DNA from: a virus
Taxonomy: Duplodnaviria; Caudoviricetes
Length of the DNA: 55,669 bases
Strand: one strand, 5' to 3'
Virus record (IMG/VR): IMGVR_UViG_3300037808_001257
Location: 1 to 55,669 of that record
Of the stretch, positions 9,148 to 19,013 are shown piece by piece. How positions within the stretch are numbered: the first letter of the stretch is position 1; each line of letters opens with the position of its first letter. The notes beneath the pieces are model-generated. The model had not been told where the DNA came from. It did no database searches and saw only the letters and a program-made list of their open reading frames with translations. Position numbers and translations under genes: made by a program.

Positions 9148-11070
9148 ATGGAAAATTCGGATTTATCCTCCTTCGTATATTATAGGACGTACTCTAGATG
9201 GCTTAGTAGTCTCGGAAGAAGAGAAACTTGGGGAGAGACTGTGGATCGCTTTATGGCTTGGGCTTTTGCTCCAACGAACCTTGATTCAGATTTACAAGGA
9301 GAAATAAAAGAAGCGATCTTATCAAAATCTGTAATGCCCTCAATGAGGGCATTATGGTCAGCGGGTAAGAATGCAGACAGAGAAAATGTCAGTATATACA
9401 ACTGCTCATTTCTGCCAATAGATTGCGTGAGAGCTTTCTCGGAAGGTCTGTATATTCTTATGCAAGGTACAGGAGTTGGCTACTCTGTTGAGAGTAAGTT
9501 TGTGGACAACCTTCCACTTGTGGCATATAAGCCCGATTCCGATCAGACACCCTTACTTATAACAGTAGAAGACTCCACAGTAGGTTGGGCCGAGGCACTT
9601 GATATTGCTTTTGTTCATCTGTGGCAAGGGGGTGATGTGGAGGTGGATGTGTCGGAAATTCGCCCTAAAGGGGCTGTGCTTCAGACAAAGGGTGGTAGAA
9701 GTAGTGGCCCTGGGCCGTTATTGAAGGCTCTTTCTTTCGCAGAAGACACATTAGAGAAAGCACGAGGCCGTAAGCTCACTACTTTAGAGTGTCATGATAT
9801 GATGTGTCAGATTGCTGAAGTAGTTGTAGTTGGTGGGGTTCGTAGAGCTGCTATGATTTCTTTCTCTGATCCTGAAGATGATACTTTACGTCATGCTAAG
9901 AATTGGAAGAGAGGGGAGTTCCCTTCGATCCGATATATGGCGAACAATAGTGCGTACTATCCTGAAAGACCTTCAGAAGAAGTGTTTTGGGATGAGTGGA
10001 AAGCCTTAGCGGAGAGTGGTAGTGGAGAGCGAGGGTTCTCTATTGATAATTGGTGGAGATACTGTGGAAGTCCTAAAGGCATGGTTAGAAGCAATCCTTG
10101 TCATGAGATCCGGTTAAGATTTAAACCTGCACAAAACCCTTGGACAGGGGAGGGAGGTGCAGGTCAGTTCTGTAATCTAAGTGCTTGCATAATGAGAGCA
10201 GAAGATACTATTGAGTCTATGTGTGAGAAAGTAAGGCTTGCGACATGGATTGGTTGTATCCAAGCGTCTAAGACTAACTTCTGCTTTTTGAGGCCGGGTT
10301 GGAAACAACTTTGCGAAGAAGATCGACTTCTTGGTGTAGATATTACAGGTCAATGTGATAATCCTAAATTATCTACAGATTGGGTTGCGATGAAGAAGTT
10401 CAATCAAGTTGCTTTAGCTACAGCGAAAGAAGCTTCAGAGTTACTTGGCATTAACTATCCCGCTGCGATTACTTGTGGTAAGCCTAGTGGGAATAGTTCT
10501 CAGTTTGTAGATTGTTCTAGTGGATTCCACCCACGTTTCAGTAAATATTATTTCCGCCATGTTCGTGTTGCTTCAAGTGATCCACTTTGTAAAGTACTTC
10601 AGTTTCAGAACATCGCTCTTTTCAAAGAGAATGGTCAAGAAGATCTTCCAGATGAGGAAGTTGACACATGGGTAGCAAGATTTCCTGTGAAGTCTCCTGA
10701 TGATTGTATGACTAGAGTAGATGAGGATTCCATTCAGCAGATGGAGAGATACTTGGGCATTATGAAGTCTTGGATTTCAGAAAAAGGACACAACCAAAGT
10801 GCAACGATTTACGTCAAAGATGGTGATTGGGATAAGGTTGGTCAATGGTTGTGGGATCATTTTGATGAGGTGGTGGGTTTGAGCTTCTTGCCTTATGATG
10901 GTGGTTTATATCGTCTTGCCCCTTATGTGGAAATAACTGAAGAAGAGTATGAGAAGACGATGGAAACTCATATCCCTATCAATTTTGATTTGCTCTCAGA
11001 TTTTGAGAAAGAAGATATGGGTGAGGGGAGTAGGGAAATAGCTTGTGGAGGAGGCGGTTGTGAGGTTTGA
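9148..11070 (+). CDS. nrdJ: Class II (adenosylcobalamin-dependent) ribonucleotide reductase
   Basis: YYRTYSR, PSMRALW, YNCS, GTGVG, VGGVRRAA, NPCHEI (thiyl Cys), FCNL, KPSG and C-terminal ACGGGGCEV. Start moved to ATG 9148 (AAGGA RBS). Confidence 0.92.
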   Translation: MENSDLSSFVYYRTYSRWLSSLGRRETWGETVDRFMAWAFAPTNLDSDLQGEIKEAILSKSVMPSMRALWSAGKNADRENVSIYNCSFLPIDCVRAFSEGLYILMQGTGVGYSVESKFVDNLPLVAYKPDSDQTPLLITVEDSTVGWAEALDIAFVHLWQGGDVEVDVSEIRPKGAVLQTKGGRSSGPGPLLKALSFAEDTLEKARGRKLTTLECHDMMCQIAEVVVVGGVRRAAMISFSDPEDDTLRHAKNWKRGEFPSIRYMANNSAYYPERPSEEVFWDEWKALAESGSGERGFSIDNWWRYCGSPKGMVRSNPCHEIRLRFKPAQNPWTGEGGAGQFCNLSACIMRAEDTIESMCEKVRLATWIGCIQASKTNFCFLRPGWKQLCEEDRLLGVDITGQCDNPKLSTDWVAMKKFNQVALATAKEASELLGINYPAAITCGKPSGNSSQFVDCSSGFHPRFSKYYFRHVRVASSDPLCKVLQFQNIALFKENGQEDLPDEEVDTWVARFPVKSPDDCMTRVDEDSIQQMERYLGIMKSWISEKGHNQSATIYVKDGDWDKVGQWLWDHFDEVVGLSFLPYDGGLYRLAPYVEITEEEYEKTMETHIPINFDLLSDFEKEDMGEGSREIACGGGGCEV

Positions 11071-11135
11071 TTTGTAGATTATTTATCTGACTCTTTAGTT
11101 GATAAATGTATTATAGCTAAAAGAGAGTTGGTTTT

Positions 11136-12263
11136 ATGTACTTTGATAAATATGTTCGCTACCTTGCTTCTAAAAATAAGAAGTCGTCTATGAGAGTGGC
11201 TTCTCAATATCGAAAAGCTCTGAAACTTGATGATCTTGAAAACATGGGTTTCGGCACATCTTCAGGGTGTGATTATGAGAATCTCAAAGACTACCCTGCT
11301 ACGAACAATGCTTATTCTTGTCTTTCAGAGCAATTTGCGGCTCATATGTTTACCAACCAAGTCATGTTTAATAATATCATGGTATCTAGCTTGATGAAAT
11401 TATTTCACCATCGTGCAAGTGCAGATAGCAGTAGAGCAGGCGTTATTTCTATGCTTGCAATGAACGATAACTCTGCAAGAATATCAGCAGGAAAATCAGC
11501 GATCAAGATCCTTAAAGAAGACAAAAGAAAACTTGGGCGATTTATCAAAGCTCTAAGAGTCGACGCTCTTCCTACTTTCTTAGCAGAAGTTAAGAAATAC
11601 TTGGTAGCTGGAGATGGCTATTTTGTATTTGATTCTGTGGACAGGGAGATGGCTAAGATTTCTCAAGAAAGTAAAGCTAAAGCAGATGGAGCTACTAACC
11701 AACAAAAGAAGCACAAACATAAGTTAGAAGGCGTTCAGAAAAAACTTAAACATCTAAGTGGGATTGCAACTTTAACCCGTATTCCTAGTGATTTAGATAA
11801 GGTTTTAGAGACCTATTTCCTTACACATGGAAAGACGCTCGGAGAGCTATTTAAAATTACTGATAGAAATATGGTAAAAATAGATCGTAACTTAGCTCAG
11901 GGTGTGCAAAGAGAAAGAGTACAACAGTTGAGAGAGGATCACTCCGAGGATTACTCTTCGCTGATTGGGGAATTAATCTATAGTAATGAGACCGTTGGTC
12001 GAGCATATAGGTCAGCGATCTTAGGTAACTTCGATCCTGTAGAGGGGGAGTTTACAGATAGGATCTTTAGATCCATAGCACAAGATATGCTTCCTGCTTT
12101 CAGGAGTGCCTCTAGATTTGTTGATTGGTTAGATCGTCTTCTAAAAGAAAAGAAGGGGAGTGTTACACTCTTAAAGTCCACTGTTTCTTACTTAGAAGAA
12201 CAAGGGCTGAAAGAAATGACAGAGATACAAGTTCAAGATTTTATGGACGAGATGGTGTTATAG
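11136..12263 (+). CDS. Hypothetical protein, candidate internal head protein
   Basis: 375-aa ORF; N-terminal MRVASQY motif; upstream TAGATTATTTAT. Confidence 0.7.
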   Translation: MYFDKYVRYLASKNKKSSMRVASQYRKALKLDDLENMGFGTSSGCDYENLKDYPATNNAYSCLSEQFAAHMFTNQVMFNNIMVSSLMKLFHHRASADSSRAGVISMLAMNDNSARISAGKSAIKILKEDKRKLGRFIKALRVDALPTFLAEVKKYLVAGDGYFVFDSVDREMAKISQESKAKADGATNQQKKHKHKLEGVQKKLKHLSGIATLTRIPSDLDKVLETYFLTHGKTLGELFKITDRNMVKIDRNLAQGVQRERVQQLREDHSEDYSSLIGELIYSNETVGRAYRSAILGNFDPVEGEFTDRIFRSIAQDMLPAFRSASRFVDWLDRLLKEKKGSVTLLKSTVSYLEEQGLKEMTEIQVQDFMDEMVL

Positions 12264-12339
12264 GGAGACAACGAAACCAAAAAGTCTTTTTATTCTATAT
12301 AAGGGAGAAGGGTATACTCTCTTTTATATAGGAGTAAGA

Positions 12340-14415
12340 ATGTTTTATTCAGCAAAAGTTTTGGGGGTTGTCTTTTCAAACCCACCTTTTCATATAGTAC
12401 GTTGTCTTGTAGCTACAGAAGAAGGCTTAGTTTCTGATGTGGTTAAAGGTGATATTCCAGGCCCTGTTTCCAGGGGGTATGTTTTCACCTTTAAAGGTCG
12501 AAAACGAAAAGACAATAGCGGTCGGTCAGCGTTCTCTGTGGAGCGTACTCCTATCAACCCTAAGTGGCTCAAGGGTACATCTTCATCTTCTTGGTTAAAC
12601 TGGTCTTCCGAGTCGGCTAGGGATAGTGTTCATGTTTTCTCTACTCTTTCAGAGTGTGGTGCAAGCGTTAAGCTCATTAATTCTATTTGGAAAGATGTGG
12701 AGAAAGATCCGAAAATTATTTCAGACAATCCTTGGTGTCTTGTAGATAAGGGGATACCTTTTAAATCTGCTGACCAAATAGCAAAGAAGTTGTTAGATGT
12801 TTTTGATCTTGGAGACCCACGAAGAGTTGAAGCAAGTATCTCTTGGTCTTTGAAACAAGGACTTCAAAATGGTCATGTTTACTTAGATGTGAATACTGTA
12901 TTCAGAGATTGTGGTCTTCTTACAGGTGTAGATATTACTACGATTGCTCACTCAGTTAAAGATATGAAAGAGAAAGGTTTGGTTGTTGTAGATAAAGATG
13001 AAGCTAATAAGAATATCTTATATTCACCTCGTCTTTATAATATGGAATGTGAAGTTGCTGAGTATTTGAATAGATCGGATGTATCTAATGTCCTAAAAGA
13101 AGAAATAACAGATGCGTTTATTTCTAACCATTCGAGATATGCTCTTACAGAAGATCAGATTCTTGCCATCAAGAGAGGTCTTACGAGTGGCGTTTCTATT
13201 TTAACGGGTCTTCCCGGAACAGGTAAGACTACAATTCTTAATACGTTAGTCAAAATACTTATTTCTCAGGGAGAACAAGTACTTTTGGTTGCACCTACAG
13301 GGATTGCAGCAAAAAGAGCTTCTTCTGTGACAGGTATTTCTGCATATACTATCCATAGGGCTTTTGGTGCAGGAGTTCCTTCTCAAGACAAGAGCAAAAG
13401 CTCAGATTATGAGGGCGTGAAGAAAGATGAGTCTTCTGAAGAGAGTGTAGAGGGTAGTGAAGACCGTTATTCTTCTTTCTGGAAATACCATCCTAAGAAC
13501 CCCCGCTCTGAGAGTGTCATCATAGTGGATGAAGCAAGTATGGTAGATCTTCATTTGATGTGGAGACTCTTAAGAGGCATTTCGCCAAGTTGTAGGGTTG
13601 TTTTGGTTGGAGATACTGCACAGTTGCCCCCTGTAGGAGCAGGCTTTGTATTGAAAGAAATAATAGAATCCGATTTAATCCCTAGAGTTCATTTGGAAGA
13701 TATTTTTAGACAAGGAGAAGGTAGTGGTGTGGTGCGATCTGCACATGATATATATCGAGGTGTCGTACCTACAGGGTGTTCAGACTATAACTTTAAAGAG
13801 CTTAGAAATAATGATTATGTGCTAGAAGAAATAATCAAGGTTTGTAAAGAGCTAAAGTTAGATGGTGTGGATTTCCATGTGATGAGTCCTACACATCATG
13901 GTGTGTTGGGTGTGACCCGACTCAATAAAGAACTAAGGTCTGTACTAAACCCAAGAAATATAAATAAGAATACTTTAAAGGTTGGGAAAGATGAGATTCG
14001 AGAGGGCGACAGAGTTATGGTTACAAAGAATGACTACAACCTCGATGTATTTAATGGTGATATTGGGGTTGTGCATCTGATTTCTAAGAGTGGTGTAGAG
14101 GTGGTGCTGAAAGGAACTAAGAAAGAAATCTTGGTGGAGATTCCGAGAAATAGAGTGGGTTCTTTATTGAGGCTTGCTTACTGTACTACGGTACATAAAG
14201 CTCAAGGTCAAGAATACCATACTATCGTGATGCCTATGGTTATTGAACATGGTAGAACACTCTTAAAAAGAAGTTTGTACTACACTGCCATTACACGAGC
14301 GACAGACAAGGTTTTTGTTTTCGGAGATCTAGATAGTATTGAAGTTTCTGTGTCTAACGACACGACAAATAATAATCTTTGTGGGCTAAAAAATAGACTT
14401 AAATACGATATATAA
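12340..14415 (+). CDS. recD2: RecD2-like SF1B helicase
   Basis: NPW.L / F..AD.IA N-terminal region, GLPGTGKTT, APTGIAAKR, TIHR, VDEASMVD, GDTAQLPPVG, FRQ, FNGDIG, AYCTTVHKAQGQE, YTAITRA. Confidence 0.92.
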   Translation: MFYSAKVLGVVFSNPPFHIVRCLVATEEGLVSDVVKGDIPGPVSRGYVFTFKGRKRKDNSGRSAFSVERTPINPKWLKGTSSSSWLNWSSESARDSVHVFSTLSECGASVKLINSIWKDVEKDPKIISDNPWCLVDKGIPFKSADQIAKKLLDVFDLGDPRRVEASISWSLKQGLQNGHVYLDVNTVFRDCGLLTGVDITTIAHSVKDMKEKGLVVVDKDEANKNILYSPRLYNMECEVAEYLNRSDVSNVLKEEITDAFISNHSRYALTEDQILAIKRGLTSGVSILTGLPGTGKTTILNTLVKILISQGEQVLLVAPTGIAAKRASSVTGISAYTIHRAFGAGVPSQDKSKSSDYEGVKKDESSEESVEGSEDRYSSFWKYHPKNPRSESVIIVDEASMVDLHLMWRLLRGISPSCRVVLVGDTAQLPPVGAGFVLKEIIESDLIPRVHLEDIFRQGEGSGVVRSAHDIYRGVVPTGCSDYNFKELRNNDYVLEEIIKVCKELKLDGVDFHVMSPTHHGVLGVTRLNKELRSVLNPRNINKNTLKVGKDEIREGDRVMVTKNDYNLDVFNGDIGVVHLISKSGVEVVLKGTKKEILVEIPRNRVGSLLRLAYCTTVHKAQGQEYHTIVMPMVIEHGRTLLKRSLYYTAITRATDKVFVFGDLDSIEVSVSNDTTNNNLCGLKNRLKYDI

Positions 14416-14446
14416 AGACAAAGACAAACATACAAAGGAGCGTGTT

Positions 14447-14797
14447 GTGATGGTAGTGGAACAAGTCAGAGAAAATTTAATCGCCCTTAAAAAAGGTGCT
14501 AAAATCAGTCAGATTACTGTGAGTCGAATTGTTAAGAATCCTAGAAATGGAGGCGATGTTTTTGTGTCTATGACTGCGAACTATGGTCATGGTGGAGATT
14601 CCATCTCAGAAGAAATGTTGTCCCTGCAAGACGCTAAAGTTGCGTCTTTACTCTTAGGGAAAGAAGTGAATGTCTTAGCTCATGAGCAAGCGAGTGCGAG
14701 TGGTCTTCTGTCAGAAGATCAGATGCGACAAGCCACTAAAAGAATCAGCAACAATTTTAATCAAATCATCAAGGAGAAATACGTTGAGCGTGGATGA
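14447..14797 (+). CDS. Hypothetical protein
   Basis: 116-aa ORF with AAGGAG RBS, in the replication block. Confidence 0.7.
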   Translation: MMVVEQVRENLIALKKGAKISQITVSRIVKNPRNGGDVFVSMTANYGHGGDSISEEMLSLQDAKVASLLLGKEVNVLAHEQASASGLLSEDQMRQATKRISNNFNQIIKEKYVERG

Positions 14798-15542
14798 GAA
14801 ATATATAGATCGTATTTATTCCGAACTGACTTCTATGGATATTTCTTTAGACATCAACCCTATTGAATATGGTCCGGGGCGTTTAAATAAGAAGATCGCT
14901 CAAGTTAGATCCTTGCTCTCTTCCACAGAGAAGATTTTCATGGAAGTTTCGCACAATCTTTCAAAATATAAGAGAGACTTATTGCGTTCGGAGACAGAGA
15001 TTAGTCTTCTTCAGACTAATCTGATGGCTACAGACCCGCACGTTCGCAGTGGTCGTAGTCAAGGAGAGAGGGAAGCCTTGGCTTCGACTCATCTTATTAC
15101 AGAGCAAGAGAACATAAACGATCTTACTTTATCTGTCCAAGACCTCGAAGATGTTCTTAAAGTTATCAAAGCTAAGAGAGCTGATTTGAAAGATATCCAA
15201 GCACGTTTGAGAGATCAACTGAAGCTTTGTCAAGAGCAGATCAGCTTGGGTCAAAGATGGGGTGTGAAGATTGATGTCAATATTACAGGTGAAACCATTA
15301 TAGAAGCAGAATCTTCTTTGAGAGAAGACTCTGCTCCTATAATCACTGAATCTTCACAGAGAGAAGACTCTGTGGTTGAGGCTCTCTTCTCTAAGAGTCA
15401 GTCTTCTCTTGGAGCTATGACTACTACTATTTCTTCCGAGGAAGATATTGAAGTTTTCTTGGCTACCCCAACAGAAGCTTTTTCTGTTGAAGAAAAAGTG
15501 GATGCGTTTGATCTTGACGCACTGTTTGACGATTTTACATGA
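14784..15542 (+). CDS. Coiled-coil protein with acidic C-terminal tail (possible recombination mediator)
   Basis: Heptad-rich helices; ends FDLDALFDDFT. Start at TTG 14784 (or GTG 14790) after AAGGAG; lies next to the SSB-like gene. Confidence 0.6.
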   Translation: MSVDEKYIDRIYSELTSMDISLDINPIEYGPGRLNKKIAQVRSLLSSTEKIFMEVSHNLSKYKRDLLRSETEISLLQTNLMATDPHVRSGRSQGEREALASTHLITEQENINDLTLSVQDLEDVLKVIKAKRADLKDIQARLRDQLKLCQEQISLGQRWGVKIDVNITGETIIEAESSLREDSAPIITESSQREDSVVEALFSKSQSSLGAMTTTISSEEDIEVFLATPTEAFSVEEKVDAFDLDALFDDFT

Positions 15543-15672
15543 TGTGCAAAAAAAGATTTCAAAAAAAGTTTTCTGACGATATATACCCATTGTGAGATGA
15601 ACATAACCTAGTCAATGATGACCCTGTTCAATTCTTGCTCACAGAAAAACAAAACAAAACAAGGAGGCATAA

Positions 15673-16392
15673 ATGCCAAGTTTTGAAAAACTCGATTTCT
15701 CTCGCCCTTTAAGTAAGTACACAAGCAACAAATGGAAGCCGAAAAAAGGGAAATATCGTGTTTCTATTGCAAATATACAAGGTTGGGAAAAACTCGCTCC
15801 TCAATTCTCAGAGTCCTCAATTCCTGACTGCCAAAAAGTTCAAGTGCTTTATAAGCAAGGTGTCGGCTCTTTCTACTGCAACGCACCAAAAAGTGAGTAT
15901 TTGAAGCTTGCAGGTGCTACAAAGCCACAGGAAAAAATCCCTTTTGTTCTCGTGTTTTGGCCCACTGACCCTAACGGTCAGATTGACAAAGATCGTCTTA
16001 AGGCGGGAGAGTTTGAAGTTAAATACTATCCGATGTCCACAGATAAGTTTAACCAACTCCTTGAGATCCACACAGAGGGTTCGCTTGCTCTTTATGATAT
16101 TAAGATTAGTGTCTTGGATGAGCAGTTCCATAAAATGAACTTTGTTTCATGTCGAGAAAGCATCTATCAAGCTATTTCTAAGAAAGACGAGACTCTTTTT
16201 AAGACTATTGCTACAGAGGTCAAAGACATTTACGAAAATGTGTGGACTGATCTTGCTCAAGACCTCTCCCTTGAAGAAATACGAGAGAAGCTGAGTGGAG
16301 AGGTGGGATCTCCAATCGGTGAGAATAGTGGTTTTAACTCTTCCTTTGAAGCAAATGACGTTCTCGATGGTGTTTTGGATGGGCTTGATTGA
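15673..16392 (+). CDS. Putative single-stranded DNA-binding protein (gp32-like)
   Basis: Aromatic-rich core, acidic tail DVLDGVLDGLD, strong AAGGAGG RBS, replication context. Family assignment is inference. Confidence 0.5.
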   Translation: MPSFEKLDFSRPLSKYTSNKWKPKKGKYRVSIANIQGWEKLAPQFSESSIPDCQKVQVLYKQGVGSFYCNAPKSEYLKLAGATKPQEKIPFVLVFWPTDPNGQIDKDRLKAGEFEVKYYPMSTDKFNQLLEIHTEGSLALYDIKISVLDEQFHKMNFVSCRESIYQAISKKDETLFKTIATEVKDIYENVWTDLAQDLSLEEIREKLSGEVGSPIGENSGFNSSFEANDVLDGVLDGLD

Positions 16393-16458
16393 TTCCCCGA
16401 CTTGACCCTTAATCCAGATCCGACATGGATTGGATTCTCTGATTCTATTTGAGAATCC

Positions 16459-16489
16459 AAAAAAAACCTAGTTTGTGCTAGGTTTTTTT
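16459..16489. terminator. Bidirectional-type intrinsic terminator
   Basis: A tract - CCTAG - loop - CTAGG - T tract. Confidence 0.75.
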
Positions 16490-16552
16490 GTTTCTTTATA
16501 TCCTGATTCTATTGTCTGTCTTTTTTTTAACAATGTATTCAGGAGTACTAGG

Positions 16553-17359
16553 ATGGAAAATAGAATATCGAGATTGATACAAAGGATTGCTCACCTTGAG
16601 GGTCGTGTGTCTTCTAAGAAGTTAATGATGTCTACTGTGACAATGAATGCCCTTCCAGATGTTGCAAAGCTAATTAAGATGACTAAAAAGATTCTTAAGA
16701 TGACTGACTCTAGTGGGCGTAAATGGTCTGTTACTGCGGGTCACTCAGACAATCCACTGCAAACCGTTCTTGTTTGTTCGCATAATGACGTGGCTCACAG
16801 TCGGTTTCAGCAAGAGGTTTTGGTAGTGCATCATCAAGGTACTGGTAATAGTCTGAGAGCATTTAAAACTGAGATTACAACAGGCTCTCAGTCTTATATG
16901 CAAGCTAACTTGGCGACAGCTATTTCTTTTATGATTAAAGTTGCAGACGCTGAGAAACAAGAAATAATGCAGTCCCGCATGAGTGGTGAAGATCATCCTA
17001 TGATCCGCCCTGTTTATGATTTCTCAGGTAGATCTCGCTTGAAGCTCAGTATCCCTGTAGCTCTTGTAGTACCCGACCCAAGTCGGTTGGCAAAATCTGT
17101 AGTCGAACTTTTAATAGAGAAATCTTCCAAAAGAGGGCGTAAGGTTCGTTGGGTCTTTGCAGACAGTAATTTAGATTACTCAAATAAAGTTTGTCATCTT
17201 CTTTTCACTTCTAACATGGGTGAGGAAAAAGATCTTTATGTTGCATTTGCAGGATCTCAAGGCTCAGGTGCTAAGTTTAGCTTTACTAGTGAAGCTAAGA
17301 CTTCTTCTTCTCTCAACGTGATCACTAGTCATATGCTTGCAGATAAATCTATAGGTTAA
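16553..17359 (+). CDS. Hypothetical protein with N-terminal RIAHLEGRVSS leader, candidate head cargo
   Basis: ATG 16553 after AGGAG; leader resembles those of 45634 and 46171. Confidence 0.7.
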   Translation: MENRISRLIQRIAHLEGRVSSKKLMMSTVTMNALPDVAKLIKMTKKILKMTDSSGRKWSVTAGHSDNPLQTVLVCSHNDVAHSRFQQEVLVVHHQGTGNSLRAFKTEITTGSQSYMQANLATAISFMIKVADAEKQEIMQSRMSGEDHPMIRPVYDFSGRSRLKLSIPVALVVPDPSRLAKSVVELLIEKSSKRGRKVRWVFADSNLDYSNKVCHLLFTSNMGEEKDLYVAFAGSQGSGAKFSFTSEAKTSSSLNVITSHMLADKSIG

Positions 17360-17434
17360 GATTTACGGGGTGGTTGTGAATCCTTTTGTTTGTTTATATT
17401 TCTTTTGTTTGTAGAAAATAAAGGAGAAGAGCAA

Positions 17435-17974
17435 ATGAGTATTATAGATGAGTTTTCTTTTTCAAGTTCAAGAACCTCAAGTCTTGATGAGGTTCTTAGC
17501 ACCCCTAGTGTGAGTGCTCTAGTGGATCGGAACAGAGATAAATTGAGTTCAGATAAACTCAATAGCTTTACTGAGGGTGTTCGAGTTGTAGCAAACACTA
17601 ACAATGGTCTTTTGATACCAAACGACCTCCCCTTTGCAGGAACTAAAGGCACAGTTGTAAAAGTAAGGACAGCTGGAGGTGAGGTTACTTCCTATGGTAG
17701 TGGAGTCTTTGTACAATGGGATGGTAGAAGAGATAAAATCTTTTGTGTCCCACCTTCTTTCTTAAGAGTTGCTTCAATGAAGGTCGCAGGTCTTGATGAC
17801 TTCATTGTCCTCTCTGGTCCTTCTCTCCTTTCTTCTGCCTATATGACAGGTGCTGAGTCGGGAGATCTTGTACATAAATCAACTAAAGATCTTTGGTCTG
17901 TTAAAATTTCAGAAGATGGTACTTATGACATCGAGAGACTTTTTGATGACGATGGTAATCCACTTAAGGTTTAG
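17435..17974 (+). CDS. Hypothetical protein, probably virion-associated
   Basis: ATG 17435 after AAGGAG; contains LRVASMKVAG; upstream TTGTTTGTTTATA. Confidence 0.7.
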   Translation: MSIIDEFSFSSSRTSSLDEVLSTPSVSALVDRNRDKLSSDKLNSFTEGVRVVANTNNGLLIPNDLPFAGTKGTVVKVRTAGGEVTSYGSGVFVQWDGRRDKIFCVPPSFLRVASMKVAGLDDFIVLSGPSLLSSAYMTGAESGDLVHKSTKDLWSVKISEDGTYDIERLFDDDGNPLKV

Positions 17975-17976
17975 TT

Positions 17977-18165
17977 ATGTCAAAAAAACTAAGAGATTTC
18001 ACAAAACCGATACCCTCGGAAGAATTTTGTGCTTTGTGTGGTGAGAAGAGAGTCGAGTGTGAATCTTGTTTCCGTCCTGTACATGAGTGTTCAGACTGTG
18101 ATTGCAATAATAAAGATTGCCCCTGCTGTTTAACAGGAGTTTGTACTTGTGACACTCAAAGTTGA
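17977..18165 (+). CDS. Cys-rich metallothionein-like / zinc-binding small protein
   Basis: 12 Cys in about 41 residues (CxxC, CxC, CC); fills the gap between coupled neighbours. Confidence 0.65.
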   Translation: MSKKLRDFTKPIPSEEFCALCGEKRVECESCFRPVHECSDCDCNNKDCPCCLTGVCTCDTQS

Positions 18166-19013
18166 GTAGAAATATGCCTGACCATGAAATTGCAATGAGA
18201 GAAAGATACTTAGCGATAGTACTCCTAGATTTGATAGGGTCTACTGCTTTTGTCCAAAAGGTAGGTGCGAAAGTCGCCGCTCAGTGGTTTCAAATCCATG
18301 ATCGTATGGCAAGAAATCTTGTTTATAGGCATGAAGGTCGGGAAATAGATCGTTCAGATGGATTTCTTTTATCTTTTGAGAGACCTATAGATGCTATTAA
18401 CTTTGCTCTCGCTTATCAAAAAAAAATCCCTCCTAAGATTAAGATAAACACACGCATAGGTATTCATTGGGGTAAGATCATTGAGGTAGAACAAAAAGAA
18501 GTTTATGTGGGAGCGGGTGCAAAGAGAGTCGAACTAGAAGGGATCTCAAAAAACATTGCTGCTAGAACAATGTCTTTATGTCAAAAAGGTCAAGTTCTAA
18601 TGACTAAGGAAGCAATGTTAGCCGTTAGAAATAGAACGAATATGCACACACCAAAAAGCACCCGATTTGCTTGTGTCGGCCTGTATAAATTTAAAGGTGT
18701 GAAAGAACCACAAGAAATATATGCGGTTGGTGAAACCATTGAATCGCTACAGCCTCCTCCAAGTTCAGAGAAAGTAAAGAGACTAGGAGGCCCTAAATAC
18801 ATTGGAAAAAGAGCTAGAGATCGCAAGTTCCTAGATTGGGCTAGTTATTTCTTTTGGAGGGCTGGGGTTATAGCGTGTTTGTTCTGGCTTTATATTATTT
18901 TTCAAATGTCTACAAAGTCCGTTGCAAGATCTCTTATCGGACTTCCTTACCAAATGCCTAAGTATGACGCTTTTATTAAATGGGCTAAAGAGATTCTTGA
19001 AAGGGCTTGGTGA
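18162..19013 (+). CDS. Class III nucleotidyl (adenylate/guanylate-type) cyclase with C-terminal transmembrane helix
   Basis: IVLLDLIGST, RSDGFLLSF, RIGIHWG, NIAAR, GQVL, YKFKGV; hydrophobic segment FFWRAGVIACLFWLYIIF. Start may be ATG 18174. Confidence 0.88.
   Translation: MSRNMPDHEIAMRERYLAIVLLDLIGSTAFVQKVGAKVAAQWFQIHDRMARNLVYRHEGREIDRSDGFLLSFERPIDAINFALAYQKKIPPKIKINTRIGIHWGKIIEVEQKEVYVGAGAKRVELEGISKNIAARTMSLCQKGQVLMTKEAMLAVRNRTNMHTPKSTRFACVGLYKFKGVKEPQEIYAVGETIESLQPPPSSEKVKRLGGPKYIGKRARDRKFLDWASYFFWRAGVIACLFWLYIIFQMSTKSVARSLIGLPYQMPKYDAFIKWAKEILERAW

Noticed and set aside
14682-14797. Programmed frameshift between ORFs 14447 and 14682
   Set aside because: The overlap largely disappears with a start at 14784/14790, which has its own AAGGAG RBS.
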